Source: Armatimonadota bacterium
Lineage (GTDB): Bacteria; Armatimonadota; HRBIN16
DNA length: 64,000 nucleotides
NCBI GenBank assembly: GCA_963677485.1
Contig: OY781964.1
Location: forward strand, 608,001 to 672,000
Direction of reading: 5' to 3'
Both the position numbers and the translations under genes were made by a program. Under the pieces are notes generated by a model that worked only from the letters and a program-made list of their open reading frames with translations, had not been told where the DNA came from and did no database searches. Shown here piece after piece: positions 10,521 through 20,038 of this stretch. How positions within the stretch are numbered: position 1 is the first letter of the stretch; every line of letters begins with the position of its first letter.

Positions 10521-10688
10521 GCCTAAGTCCGGGGCGGTCTGTGCGTAGGATAGCGGATGCAGAAGGCTCGAGACCGCGCCGGTCTGGCGGATAGCCCTGA
10601 AAGATATGTGTCAGGAAAAAGACCGGCGCGGTCTATAGACAGTGGCCTCCGCGGCGTACTGACAGACCGCCCCGGACATAGCCAACCA
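10521..10688. repeat. ~168-bp palindromic element, copy 2
   Basis: Direct repeat of 8192-8360. Confidence 0.9.
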
Positions 10689-10731
10689 TGTTTTTTACAA
10701 GGGGCACGCCATGCCCCCGCCCAATACCGCC

Positions 10732-13665
10732 CTACAGCAGCTTAAGCAGCCGTGTCTGGCCGGCGCGGAAGGGTACCGTTAGCTTCTCGCCAGAGCCCTT
10801 CCAGTTGTTATACAAGTCCGTTACCTGCGCAGCACGCTTCAAGATGATCTCCGCGTCGCCCTCTATGGGTGATGTCACCGTCAGAAGCTGCCTGCTGGCG
10901 TGAACGGCATAACCCTCAGGTGCATACAGCGTCACACTGGCGGTTTTGAGCTGCGACCGCAGCCACTGACTGTCACAGGGAGGCGCACCGATCCATAACA
11001 GCTTCCCGCCATTCGGCAGCGGACGCACCGCACTGGCGAAAGGTCCATCCGAGTATTTCCACTCGCCAGGCTCTTTCACCTCACCCCGTGGCAGCAGGTT
11101 ACCGGAGCCTTTCAGCTCGCGGTCGTCGTTTGACATGGACCCGCTCAGACCCGGTGTTTCCAAAATGCAGATCGGCAGACCAAGCAGGTCGGCGGTGCGG
11201 TTTCGCATCCACTTTCCGCTGCGTGAATCTACCAGCCCGAGTGGGCCGATCGCCAGCACATGAACCCGTCCCCGCTTGAGCAGCTTGGAGAACGCCGCCA
11301 AAGACTCGTCGGTGGCTCCAATTCCGCTGGCGACCACCACATACTTGATGCGCTCCGGCAGCTTCGCCGCATCGGACAGCAGGTAGACCTCCAGCGGCGC
11401 TCCGGTGAGCCCCAACGCATGCACCATCATACGGTGCGCCTCCCACAGCCATGTGGTGCTGAGGGTGCTCAGGCTCATGCTGCGGTCATCCACCAGCATG
11501 GCCACTTCGCACTCACTGCTGCGGTCCAGACTCATCGCCTGTAGTGTGACCTTCGCATTGCGGCCAAGCGAATCCAGCAGCTCCTTGTCGTGGTGCCAAC
11601 TGCAGGCCAGGCTGAATTTGTGCTCCAGATACCCCTCAGTAGCTGCCGTAGCCGATACCCGCTGGTGCATATCGATGGCACCCAAACGCGGGTTTTCCGC
11701 ATTGTATTCCGTATGCCATAGCCCGGGATGCAGCCAGCTAAACAGGTCATTCTCCATCATGTGGATTTTCCCCGCCAGAGCATAACTGGCTTCCGCCTCG
11801 CCACTGGAGACCGATCCGCGCAGATAGGTTCGTGATGAGAGCAGCGGAATTCCGGCGATAGTGTCGATATCCGGGCTATCCAGCAACGCACGCACTCCGA
11901 AATGGCCAGAGGTGCTCTGACGTGCTTCACCAGCCAGTTGGATGAGGTAGCCGTATAACACCGCGACCAGCAGTTTCCGGTTACACATCCGCTTGGCCTG
12001 CTTGCAAAAATGCAGTATCACCTGGGCCGTGATATCCGACAAGAACTGGGCGGTGGCGACGCACCAGCGGCCATCCGCGCTGTCGGGTTGGATCAGCTCC
12101 TTGCCCGCTCTGCGCATCACAGGTGGTGCGATGGTATCTGGCAGGTCGGTACGCCGTTCACGTGCCTTCCACTGGTTCCAGGCCCGGTTGAATGGCTGGC
12201 TGTAGTCGGCTAGTGCGTCGTCGTTACAGCCCCAGGTGAACCACTCCTCAGTAACCTCGGCACTCAGAAACACGCCCACCAGCCTATCCGCCCATGGCGC
12301 CTTCTGGCATTCATCGATCAAGCGTTTCAGCATGTCGGTCTGATACTTGATCCACTCCTGGCTGGCCAGGCTGATCGCCTCAGTACCAGTCTCTTCCCAA
12401 GCCATCATGTCGCCGTTCTTGTTAGCGATGGCCCGTTCCGATACGTGCTGCTGGGTCCAGTATGGTGGTGGAGTCAGCGAAACCCGCAGCATCACCACCG
12501 TATCACGCGACGTTTGAAGACAGAAGTTCACACGCTCGTGCAACTGCCCGTAGTCATACTCACCCGGCAGCCGATTGGTCGCGGTGGCCACCTGGTGATG
12601 GATGTGCTGTCCGGCACTCACTGGCACGATAAACAGCTTGTGCCCGCGCCGGCCGAATTGACGCACTGGTCCGGGTTGGAAGTCATATGAGGTCCATCCC
12701 TGCCAGTGGATCGGCTGACCGTTGCGGAAGGGCACATTGCGTCCCAGGTACTGCCTGACTTCTAACTGAGCGAAGCCGGGTTGCCTCAAGTTTCGCAGCT
12801 CCACCGGCGTGCTTCCCCCCGACACATGGTAGCCACCTGCACACAACACCACATCATACCGCCCCTGCGGCATCGTGTTCGGCACGTTCAGGCTGATCTC
12901 GCCCGACGACTTCAACGCAGATATCTGCAGCCTATCAAGCACCACACGCCAGTTGGTATAGCCGCCCAGACGCCACTCCAGAGCCAGGTCCTCTGGCCAG
13001 AGGCCGTCTATCCGAAGCTTCATCTTCCATGGATCACTGGCCTTCGCTTTTCCGTCCGCCACGAAGGAGGTCGCCACCAGCCCAGCGGCTGGCGGGTAGT
13101 GAACCTGCAGGTCACGCAGCACCAGATGGTATGGCTTACCCACCACCGCACCCGCGGCCATGATGAGCATCCGACCGAGTGGATAGATAGGTGTCGAAGG
13201 CTTCCCCGTGTTGGGATCACCGGTGAGTCGCATGTCATATTCGCAGAGTCGGCTTTCGCCTGGAGCAATATCCACTGGTTTGGAGATGTGGTGCCGTTTA
13301 CCGGAAAAGTGATCCAGCGGCTCCCAGCTCATTTCATCAAAACCAAGGTGAAGGTGCATCGGTTCGGCACTCTGGTTGGTCGCCAGGAAGGTCACCCTGG
13401 AGGGTGCATGCCGAATCCAGCGTCCGTCTACATTCACTGCGGGCAAGACAGGCTTGTACAGCACGAAACGCCACTCGGTATGGGGATCCTTGGGAAGCCC
13501 CTCCAGCCGCATAGAAACCTCTTTATAATCATCCTTGCGCTGCCACACGTTACCGTCAATCGTGCATCCCACCAGAGTCTTGAAGTGCGGCCAATGCTCC
13601 ACGGCCGGACTGGCGAAAGCCTCATCAGGGTATCCGTTTTGTAGCGAAAGTATATCGGAATTCAT
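10732..13665 (-). CDS. Large glycoside hydrolase, GH42/beta-galactosidase-like (paralogue 2)
   Basis: Co-linear paralogue of 4501-7446 (YPDEAFA, QPGPVRQFG, AEVTEEWF, MENDLFSWLHPGLWH, PFRAGQTRL shared). Confidence 0.65.
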   Translation of the reverse strand: MNSDILSLQNGYPDEAFASPAVEHWPHFKTLVGCTIDGNVWQRKDDYKEVSMRLEGLPKDPHTEWRFVLYKPVLPAVNVDGRWIRHAPSRVTFLATNQSAEPMHLHLGFDEMSWEPLDHFSGKRHHISKPVDIAPGESRLCEYDMRLTGDPNTGKPSTPIYPLGRMLIMAAGAVVGKPYHLVLRDLQVHYPPAAGLVATSFVADGKAKASDPWKMKLRIDGLWPEDLALEWRLGGYTNWRVVLDRLQISALKSSGEISLNVPNTMPQGRYDVVLCAGGYHVSGGSTPVELRNLRQPGFAQLEVRQYLGRNVPFRNGQPIHWQGWTSYDFQPGPVRQFGRRGHKLFIVPVSAGQHIHHQVATATNRLPGEYDYGQLHERVNFCLQTSRDTVVMLRVSLTPPPYWTQQHVSERAIANKNGDMMAWEETGTEAISLASQEWIKYQTDMLKRLIDECQKAPWADRLVGVFLSAEVTEEWFTWGCNDDALADYSQPFNRAWNQWKARERRTDLPDTIAPPVMRRAGKELIQPDSADGRWCVATAQFLSDITAQVILHFCKQAKRMCNRKLLVAVLYGYLIQLAGEARQSTSGHFGVRALLDSPDIDTIAGIPLLSSRTYLRGSVSSGEAEASYALAGKIHMMENDLFSWLHPGLWHTEYNAENPRLGAIDMHQRVSATAATEGYLEHKFSLACSWHHDKELLDSLGRNAKVTLQAMSLDRSSECEVAMLVDDRSMSLSTLSTTWLWEAHRMMVHALGLTGAPLEVYLLSDAAKLPERIKYVVVASGIGATDESLAAFSKLLKRGRVHVLAIGPLGLVDSRSGKWMRNRTADLLGLPICILETPGLSGSMSNDDRELKGSGNLLPRGEVKEPGEWKYSDGPFASAVRPLPNGGKLLWIGAPPCDSQWLRSQLKTASVTLYAPEGYAVHASRQLLTVTSPIEGDAEIILKRAAQVTDLYNNWKGSGEKLTVPFRAGQTRLLKLL

Positions 13666-13872
13666 TTACTATCTCTCCAGTTTGAACAGACGTGTTTGAG
13701 CGGCTCGGAACGGCCCATCTTTGACCTGCCCTCTGCCCCGCCAATCGGAATACAGATCAGACATCGCCGCTGGCGGACGGAGCCGGGATATTATCGAGAC
13801 CAGGCCTCACGGCAAGATCATTTTACCGATATTCCGGGTAGACTTACATCATAAGCTACCAGGAGGATGCCC

Positions 13873-14709
13873 ATGTCATCAGTCATTACAGTATCTGGCG
13901 ACCACAAGCTCAAGCTTCAAGATGTGAACCCGTCTAACACCAACGGAATGGAGCGAGAGGACGCTGAAGCGAAAATAGCAGTGCTCGGTAAGCAGTTAAC
14001 CGATCTGAACGAGCTGCAGTATGAGGCGAACACACAAGGTCTTTTGATTGTCTTGCAGGGAATGGATACGAGTGGGAAAGACGGCACCATCCGTTGCCTG
14101 CTGGACTACGCGAACGCCCAAGGCACTCACGTGGTACCGTTCAAGGTGCCTACGGAAATCGAGAGCTCGCACGACTTCCTGTGGCGGGTGCATCTGCGTA
14201 CACCCGGTAAGGGGGAGATCACCATATTCAACCGCAGCCACTACGAAGATGTGTTGATCGCTCGGGTTCATGAGCTGGCGGATGAGCGCACCATTGAGCA
14301 AAGATATAAGCAGATCAACGCCTTCGAGCAACTGCTGTCTGACAGCGGAGTGATTATTTTGAAGTTCTTCCTGCACATAGATAAGGATGAGCAGAAGGAA
14401 CGATTACTGGCGCGTGAAGAGGATCCGGAGAAGAGCTGGAAGTTAAGTATGGCGGACTGGCAAGAACGCCAGTACTGGGATGATTACCAGAAAGCCTACG
14501 AGCTCGCAATTAACAACTGCAGCAGCTCGATAGCCCCATGGCATATTGTGCCTGCTAACCATAAATGGAGCCGGAACTACGCCATACTGCACACCATCGT
14601 GCATCATCTACAGCCATTTGGCGAGATATGGCAGGGACAGCTTGAGGAGCGCGGGAAACGGGCCCTGGCGGAGCTGAAGGCTTATCGGGCCAACAACGCG
14701 ACACCGTAG
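13873..14709 (+). CDS. ppk2: Polyphosphate kinase 2 family (polyP:nucleotide phosphotransferase)
   Basis: LQGMDTSGKDG Walker A, FKVPTEIE, FNRSHYEDVL, KFFLHIDKDEQ. Confidence 0.92.
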   Translation: MSSVITVSGDHKLKLQDVNPSNTNGMEREDAEAKIAVLGKQLTDLNELQYEANTQGLLIVLQGMDTSGKDGTIRCLLDYANAQGTHVVPFKVPTEIESSHDFLWRVHLRTPGKGEITIFNRSHYEDVLIARVHELADERTIEQRYKQINAFEQLLSDSGVIILKFFLHIDKDEQKERLLAREEDPEKSWKLSMADWQERQYWDDYQKAYELAINNCSSSIAPWHIVPANHKWSRNYAILHTIVHHLQPFGEIWQGQLEERGKRALAELKAYRANNATP

Positions 14710-14714
14710 ATCTC

Positions 14715-14847
14715 GGGCAACCGGCCGGTTGCCCCTGCCGATTTCAACTTTAACTGGGCGGCCTTACCACGTTCGGGGAGGTGGAAATCGGATGGATCGG
14801 ACGGATAGGACGGATAGCATCGTGGGCGACCGCCGGTCGCCCCTACG
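14715..14847. repeat. REP-like hairpins plus GGACGGAT-type short tandem repeats between convergent genes
   Basis: GGGCAACCGGCCGGTTGCCC, GGGCGACCGCCGGTCGCCCCTAC, ATCGGATGGATCGGACGGATAGGACGGAT. Confidence 0.65.
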
Positions 14848-15316
14848 CGTTCGACTTACCCGTGATGTGCTCTATCTCGATGCGCAGCACAGCCGTCTTT
14901 TGCTCTGAGTTTTGGGCGTATTTCTGGCCCATGGCGACTTCTTCAGGGCTGGTGGAGTATTTGGTGACTAATGCCATCAGACCCAACTGCTTCTCTTCGG
15001 TGTCGGTCACCTCGTAGATGCGTCCGAACGCCATCACGCTGTGATATCGCATCGTAAATTTGGCAGACAGAACCACCGCTTCACCCACTACACAGAAGGA
15101 GACGCGGTTGTCTTGACGGATCAGCTCCAGCTTCTTGCCTTCCAGCGCACAGTGCAGGTAGATGCTCTGACCCACCTGAGCGTAGTTCATCGGCACCGCG
15201 TAGCCGCATCCTTGCATGTTGTTCATCGCCAGAAACCCATAAATGCCGGACTTCAGCAACTCGACAGCCTGTTCGTCATCCAGTTGCCTGTCGTTGCGCC
15301 TCATTTCAGTAAACAT
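14843..15316 (-). CDS. Pyridoxamine 5'-phosphate oxidase-like / NimA-family flavin-binding protein
   Basis: MRRNDRQL, YAVPMNY, IYLHCALEGKK, YHSVMAFG, ITGK. Confidence 0.85.
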   Translation of the reverse strand: MFTEMRRNDRQLDDEQAVELLKSGIYGFLAMNNMQGCGYAVPMNYAQVGQSIYLHCALEGKKLELIRQDNRVSFCVVGEAVVLSAKFTMRYHSVMAFGRIYEVTDTEEKQLGLMALVTKYSTSPEEVAMGQKYAQNSEQKTAVLRIEIEHITGKSNA

Positions 15317-15607
15317 ATCTATACCTCCGTTTTGTATAGTGTATCGCTTGCGTCAAGCACATAGCTACACTGGCAGGTATTTATACTAGTTTTACGAGTC
15401 TTCGCTTGTAAACGAACCGTCTTGGTAACCCATGCCTGTCATAATACAGATATATCGATATTCTTTGCCGCAACTAAGCACGCAACAGCAAAGCGATGCC
15501 ACACATAGAGGTATACCCAATGACCCAGCGACTTGTCTTTATGCTCATCAAACCAAAAGTCATCAACGCAGTAACGGCCATGGTGGTACAAACCAGGTGG
15601 AACCTGT

Positions 15608-16132
15608 ATGTTGATTAGGATAATGACCGCCCTGTCCACAGTGTATGCGTCACTTCGCAAAGACATTACGGAAAATCGCCAGTTTGTGGCAACCTATGCG
15701 GTGATTTTACTGCTGACCGGGATCATATATGGCATGGCTATCTATGTAGCGGATATTGTGTTCGGTCAGATTAACAATCCACTCCTTCATATAACTAAGC
15801 ATTTCTATCAAACACGCCTGATAAACAGCGTCATTTTCCAAATGGCCTTTATTTCGATTGCCTGTCTATTCCGTAGATTCTGGCCGTGTTACGGTGTGTG
15901 GTATATTGTGCAAATCCTGGGTGCTATGGTGATAGTGACCATTTCGGGAATTCTATACCCAACCAATTTCGCCTGGATGCCATTGTTTCGGACTATGATG
16001 TCATACATGCCTCGCGCGATAATGGACTCAGGTGGCACAGCTCTTGTCTTCTTTGGTCTGTGCAGCATATCAGGTTTACCACGCCCCCAAAGCAGAGGGT
16101 GGAAGGCCAAATTGAATGAAATGGCGAGTTGA
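15608..16132 (+). CDS. Hypothetical membrane protein (about 4 TM)
   Basis: Several hydrophobic segments; lower GC. Confidence 0.55.
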   Translation: MLIRIMTALSTVYASLRKDITENRQFVATYAVILLLTGIIYGMAIYVADIVFGQINNPLLHITKHFYQTRLINSVIFQMAFISIACLFRRFWPCYGVWYIVQILGAMVIVTISGILYPTNFAWMPLFRTMMSYMPRAIMDSGGTALVFFGLCSISGLPRPQSRGWKAKLNEMAS

Positions 16133-16180
16133 GATGCCTGCAGTAATTGGCATTCCATGCCTGGAGAAGGAGTTAACAAA

Positions 16181-16867
16181 ATGAATCGTCGGTATGCATT
16201 TACACTAATCGAGCTGTTGGTAGTGATCGCCATCATCGGAATACTGGCAGCCGTATTGTATCCGGTTTTCTCTGGAGCACGCCAGAGGAGTAAGAAGACA
16301 ACATGTATTTCCAACCTGCGTCAATGCGGTGTGGCCTTAAGACTATACATGGATGACTATGCGACCAACATCCCGCCTGATTCCATCACCGCCAGTATGC
16401 TGCTGAAGAAAATGCCTACCTGCTGCCTTAATGATAGTGAATGGACCAAAGGCTGCACGCAGCCATTTGGTCCGCCAATGGTTGGATCGTATGCCTATGT
16501 CCGCTCGCTTCTTGACATTGATACACCAACCCACGAAGTGTTGGCCAAATATTACGATGCGGGCCATGACTACGTGTGGATGGTCGATATCTTCCATTCC
16601 ACCTACGGCATTCCCGCACCATATTATGCTGAAAAGGAAAACCTAAGACAATATACGTTAAGGATAGGCCAGACCGAGCCCCTGGATTCATGGAAACGCA
16701 CTGCTTTCCCGAACAATCTGCTCGGACTATCCGACGACGGCCACGTGCAGATTCTGAACCCAGAAGGCTTTGCACCTTCAACCCCACACGGTGGATTCAC
16801 ATTTTCATGGCAACTCATATTTCAAGTACCGAATGTGAACAGCGAATTGGCACCGGTGACTAGATAA
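16181..16867 (+). CDS. Prepilin-type N-terminal cleavage/methylation domain protein
   Basis: AFTLIELLVVIAIIGILAAVLYPVFSGAR...TCISNLRQ; C-terminal NLLGLSDDGHV. Confidence 0.88.
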   Translation: MNRRYAFTLIELLVVIAIIGILAAVLYPVFSGARQRSKKTTCISNLRQCGVALRLYMDDYATNIPPDSITASMLLKKMPTCCLNDSEWTKGCTQPFGPPMVGSYAYVRSLLDIDTPTHEVLAKYYDAGHDYVWMVDIFHSTYGIPAPYYAEKENLRQYTLRIGQTEPLDSWKRTAFPNNLLGLSDDGHVQILNPEGFAPSTPHGGFTFSWQLIFQVPNVNSELAPVTR

Positions 16868-16972
16868 AAATAGGCCTCCCCTACACAGGGAAGGCCCATG
16901 CTCGACAGGAACCACTACCCGAACCGAAATGTTGTCATCTGTCAGCTTCGGATGTTGCCATCGGTATCTGCT

Positions 16973-18250
16973 TTAGAGTTTGTACTGCAAGCGCAAGGTG
17001 GTGGTGTCGTAACGGCGCTCACCTGGGTTGTTCTTCTCGTTCAGGAAGGCCTCATAAGCAGCCATGAGACGGGCTCCGGGGTTCATATAGTAGATATAGC
17101 TCACACCCAGTCCGGTGATCGCGTTACCGACTGTGTCTGTGTTCGGGTCGAACTGCTCCCACTTCAGGCTCATCACATTGCGCTTATTCAGGTTATAGTT
17201 GGCCATCAGGTGATAACCCACCATATTTGTGGCGTAAGAACTTGTTTTGCCAGAGGCACTGGGAAGACGGTCCTTGCCCCACATTAGCTCGCTACGCAGT
17301 GTGAGCTGAGGAACAGCCAACCCAACATAAGACGCATCCAGCATATAGAGCTCACGGTCGACTGCTGGCGAGGTGACGGCATTCGCACCGGTAAAGCTGG
17401 GACGAGTGGCCCAGAAGCTGTTGATACCCACTTTGAAGCTCTTATCTGACCAGTTCAATCCTGCGGTAGTGCCCAACTGACTGGCTGGGGTGTGACCACT
17501 CTGCTCCGCATCGCCCACTGTAAGGGCATCCCATACGCCCAGCTCCGCGGAGAGGTTGTGACTCAGACCTTGTGTCAGCATCACGCCACGGCCATACTCA
17601 CCGCCGAACATTTTTTGGTTATAGAGGCTTCGCTCAGGCAGCTCGCGCACGCTGGAGCTGCGTGCGATCTCATATCCCAAAGGCATATTTTGCTGACCAA
17701 CGGTGAGGATAGTGCCAACCTTCTTTGTAGAAGGCACGATGTTGTAGCTGAGCGTGGCTTCCTTGAGCTGTGCGGAGGTGTTGTCGGAGCCCGTCGCCAC
17801 ATCGAAACTCAGCTTCATACTGGTTTTAGGGTCGATGGTGCTGGTCACACCAAACTCCGTGCGGCGCATCGCAAAGTTATTGGCCGTTTTACCTGCCTCG
17901 TCGGTGGATTTATACTGGAACTGCGCATAGTTGTTGAATTTGAGCTTCCTGAGGTCGGCGATGTCGTTGCTCATCACCGGCAGCTTTTTCTTCTGACCTT
18001 CAATCCATCCCTTGTTTTCGTCAACCTCATGTTGCAGCTTGTCGAGTTTCTCATTGATCTGCTTGAGCTGATCGATCAAGCTGGTCAGGTCGACTTTGTC
18101 CTTCGAGGACAGTGCCCCTGCGATTTGTTGGGTGACACCCGCCGCCTCGTCTCGGAGCTCAGACAGATCCTCAGCGGTCTGTGCAAAAAGGGGCATGGCG
18201 GTCAGTGTTAGTACCGCCGCTAGACTGCCCATCACTATCTTATATTTCAC
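16973..18250 (-). CDS. Outer-membrane porin, phosphate-selective OprO/OprP-like
   Basis: Signal peptide, coiled coil, FAMRRTEF, VGQQNMPLGYE, LPERSL, amphipathic strands ending LRLQYKL. Confidence 0.7.
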   Translation of the reverse strand: MKYKIVMGSLAAVLTLTAMPLFAQTAEDLSELRDEAAGVTQQIAGALSSKDKVDLTSLIDQLKQINEKLDKLQHEVDENKGWIEGQKKKLPVMSNDIADLRKLKFNNYAQFQYKSTDEAGKTANNFAMRRTEFGVTSTIDPKTSMKLSFDVATGSDNTSAQLKEATLSYNIVPSTKKVGTILTVGQQNMPLGYEIARSSSVRELPERSLYNQKMFGGEYGRGVMLTQGLSHNLSAELGVWDALTVGDAEQSGHTPASQLGTTAGLNWSDKSFKVGINSFWATRPSFTGANAVTSPAVDRELYMLDASYVGLAVPQLTLRSELMWGKDRLPSASGKTSSYATNMVGYHLMANYNLNKRNVMSLKWEQFDPNTDTVGNAITGLGVSYIYYMNPGARLMAAYEAFLNEKNNPGERRYDTTTLRLQYKL

Positions 18251-18309
18251 GAATATCTCTCCTGAATGGTGTTTGTGGTGACTAGTATTTCTATGTCTGT
18301 ATTTATTGT

Positions 18310-18358
18310 GTTATGAGCAGGTTAAGGCTTTGTTATGCGGGGATTAACACCATGTTAA
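18310..18358 (-). promoter_or_regulatory. Pho-box-like direct-repeat array (OmpR/PhoB family operator)
   Basis: + strand GTTAT/GTTAA/GTTAT/ATTAA/GTTAA at 18310, 18321, 18332, 18343, 18354 (exact 11-bp period) upstream of the porin. Confidence 0.65.
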
Positions 18359-18547
18359 AATTATTAAGACGGGCGAATATAGACATGGTCACCCACTGGA
18401 TATGCATAACCGCGCCACCAACTGGCATTTGTGTACAAACCAAGATATGCTGATATCAAGCGATACATGGTTTCTTCAGACAAAACATATGATCATCGAA
18501 AACATACACCCGTGCAGCAACCATGCTGCCAACAGGAGGACATCTGC

Positions 18548-20014
18548 GTGAACATCCGAACCTGCTTAACCGCACTGGCTGCGTTATGCGCTTTACCCGC
18601 ATTGGCGGGACCAACCACCTGGCTCGACTCCCCCATCAATGCACGCCCGATGCTTGCCAGCAGTGCCAATCCTGAGCTCGAAGAGAACGGCGATGCCCGA
18701 CCGATAGCCGCCGGTGAAACCCTCACCATCACCGACGTGAAGGGCCCGGGCCGCATCAACCATATCTGGTTCACCGTGGCCGCCAATGAGCGTGCCTATG
18801 GCCGGATGCTGGTGATTCGCATGTACTGGGACGGCGAGAAGACACCCAGTGTGGAATGCCCCATGAATGACTTCTTTGCCGAGGGGCATGGCATGGATAT
18901 GAATGTGAACTCCGCGGTGGTGACCGTCACCGCCGAAGGCCGTGCCCGAAACTGCTACTGGCCTATGCCGTTCCGCAAATCGGCCAAAATCACCGTCACC
19001 AACGAAGGGAAACTGCCGGTTCAGGCACTCTTCTGGCAGGTGGACTGGTTGAAACTCAAGTCGCTGCCCAAAGACACCATCTATTTCCACGCGCAATACC
19101 GGCAGAACCACCCTCGGCCGCGCACAGGCAACTACACGCTGTTCGACGCTGTTGGCAAGGGGCAGTTGGTCGGCACCGTAATCAATGTGCGGATGCATGA
19201 AGGAGGGTGGTTCGGCGAAGGTGACCAGCTCATCAGCATCGACGGCGAGTCGCGCCCTTCCATTCAAGGCACCGGAAGCGAAGACTACTGGTGCGATGCC
19301 TGGGGGCTGCGCCCTTCACAAAGCCTTTACTACGGCTTCCCCATCAGCGAGGGCTTCAGCGACGCGGGCAGTCTGCACACCGCCTATCGCTGGCACATCA
19401 ACGACCCGATTCCGTTCAGCAAGTCGATCAACTTCCAGATTGAGACCAGGGGTGCTCATCAGTTGGCTGATGGTTCCTGGGATGGATATGGCCGCCGTGC
19501 TGATGACTTCAGCAGCGTGGCCTACTGGTATCAGACCGAGCCTCACGCACCCTTCCCTGCCCTGCCCAAAGCGCAAGATCGTGTTTATGCAGTACAGGAT
19601 CTGATCGAAGCCGAGACGCTATTATCCGAGTCCAAGCACAGCTCCGATGCTATTTCGGTACAGGTGATTGAATCCCTCAGCGGAGGCAAGCAACTGTGGT
19701 ATACACCCAAAAACAGCAACGAGACGCTACAGGTGCCGGTGCGCGCCTCCAAACCAGGCCGATATCTGGTGAAGCTCACGTTCTTGAGCTCGTGGGATTA
19801 CGGAACCTGGAGCGTCAAGCTGGACGCATCTCAAGCCGCCAAGACCATTGATCTGTTCGCGAACCCTCCCACCCCAAAGTCGGTGAACCTCGGGATATTC
19901 GAGTTCGGCACAGAGCCTAAAGAGCTCAGCCTCAGTTGCACCGGCAAGAACAATGGCAGCCAGGGGTATTTGCTCGGCCTGGACAGCATCGAACTGCTGC
20001 CGTTGTCGAACTAG
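18548..20014 (+). CDS. DUF2961/GH172-family glycoside hydrolase, secreted (paralogue 1)
   Basis: GPGRINHIWFT, RMYWDGE, NCYWPMPF, WFGEGD, GTGSEDY, YRWH, SSVAYWYQ; GTG start after AGGAGG. Confidence 0.85.
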   Translation: MNIRTCLTALAALCALPALAGPTTWLDSPINARPMLASSANPELEENGDARPIAAGETLTITDVKGPGRINHIWFTVAANERAYGRMLVIRMYWDGEKTPSVECPMNDFFAEGHGMDMNVNSAVVTVTAEGRARNCYWPMPFRKSAKITVTNEGKLPVQALFWQVDWLKLKSLPKDTIYFHAQYRQNHPRPRTGNYTLFDAVGKGQLVGTVINVRMHEGGWFGEGDQLISIDGESRPSIQGTGSEDYWCDAWGLRPSQSLYYGFPISEGFSDAGSLHTAYRWHINDPIPFSKSINFQIETRGAHQLADGSWDGYGRRADDFSSVAYWYQTEPHAPFPALPKAQDRVYAVQDLIEAETLLSESKHSSDAISVQVIESLSGGKQLWYTPKNSNETLQVPVRASKPGRYLVKLTFLSSWDYGTWSVKLDASQAAKTIDLFANPPTPKSVNLGIFEFGTEPKELSLSCTGKNNGSQGYLLGLDSIELLPLSN

Positions 20015-20038
20015 AGCGTGGTACACGGGAGTATATAG

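Noticed and set aside
8192-10688. Integron attC sites
   Set aside because: No RYYYAAC/GTTRRRY core pair at the element ends and no IntI; kept only as a cassette-like finding
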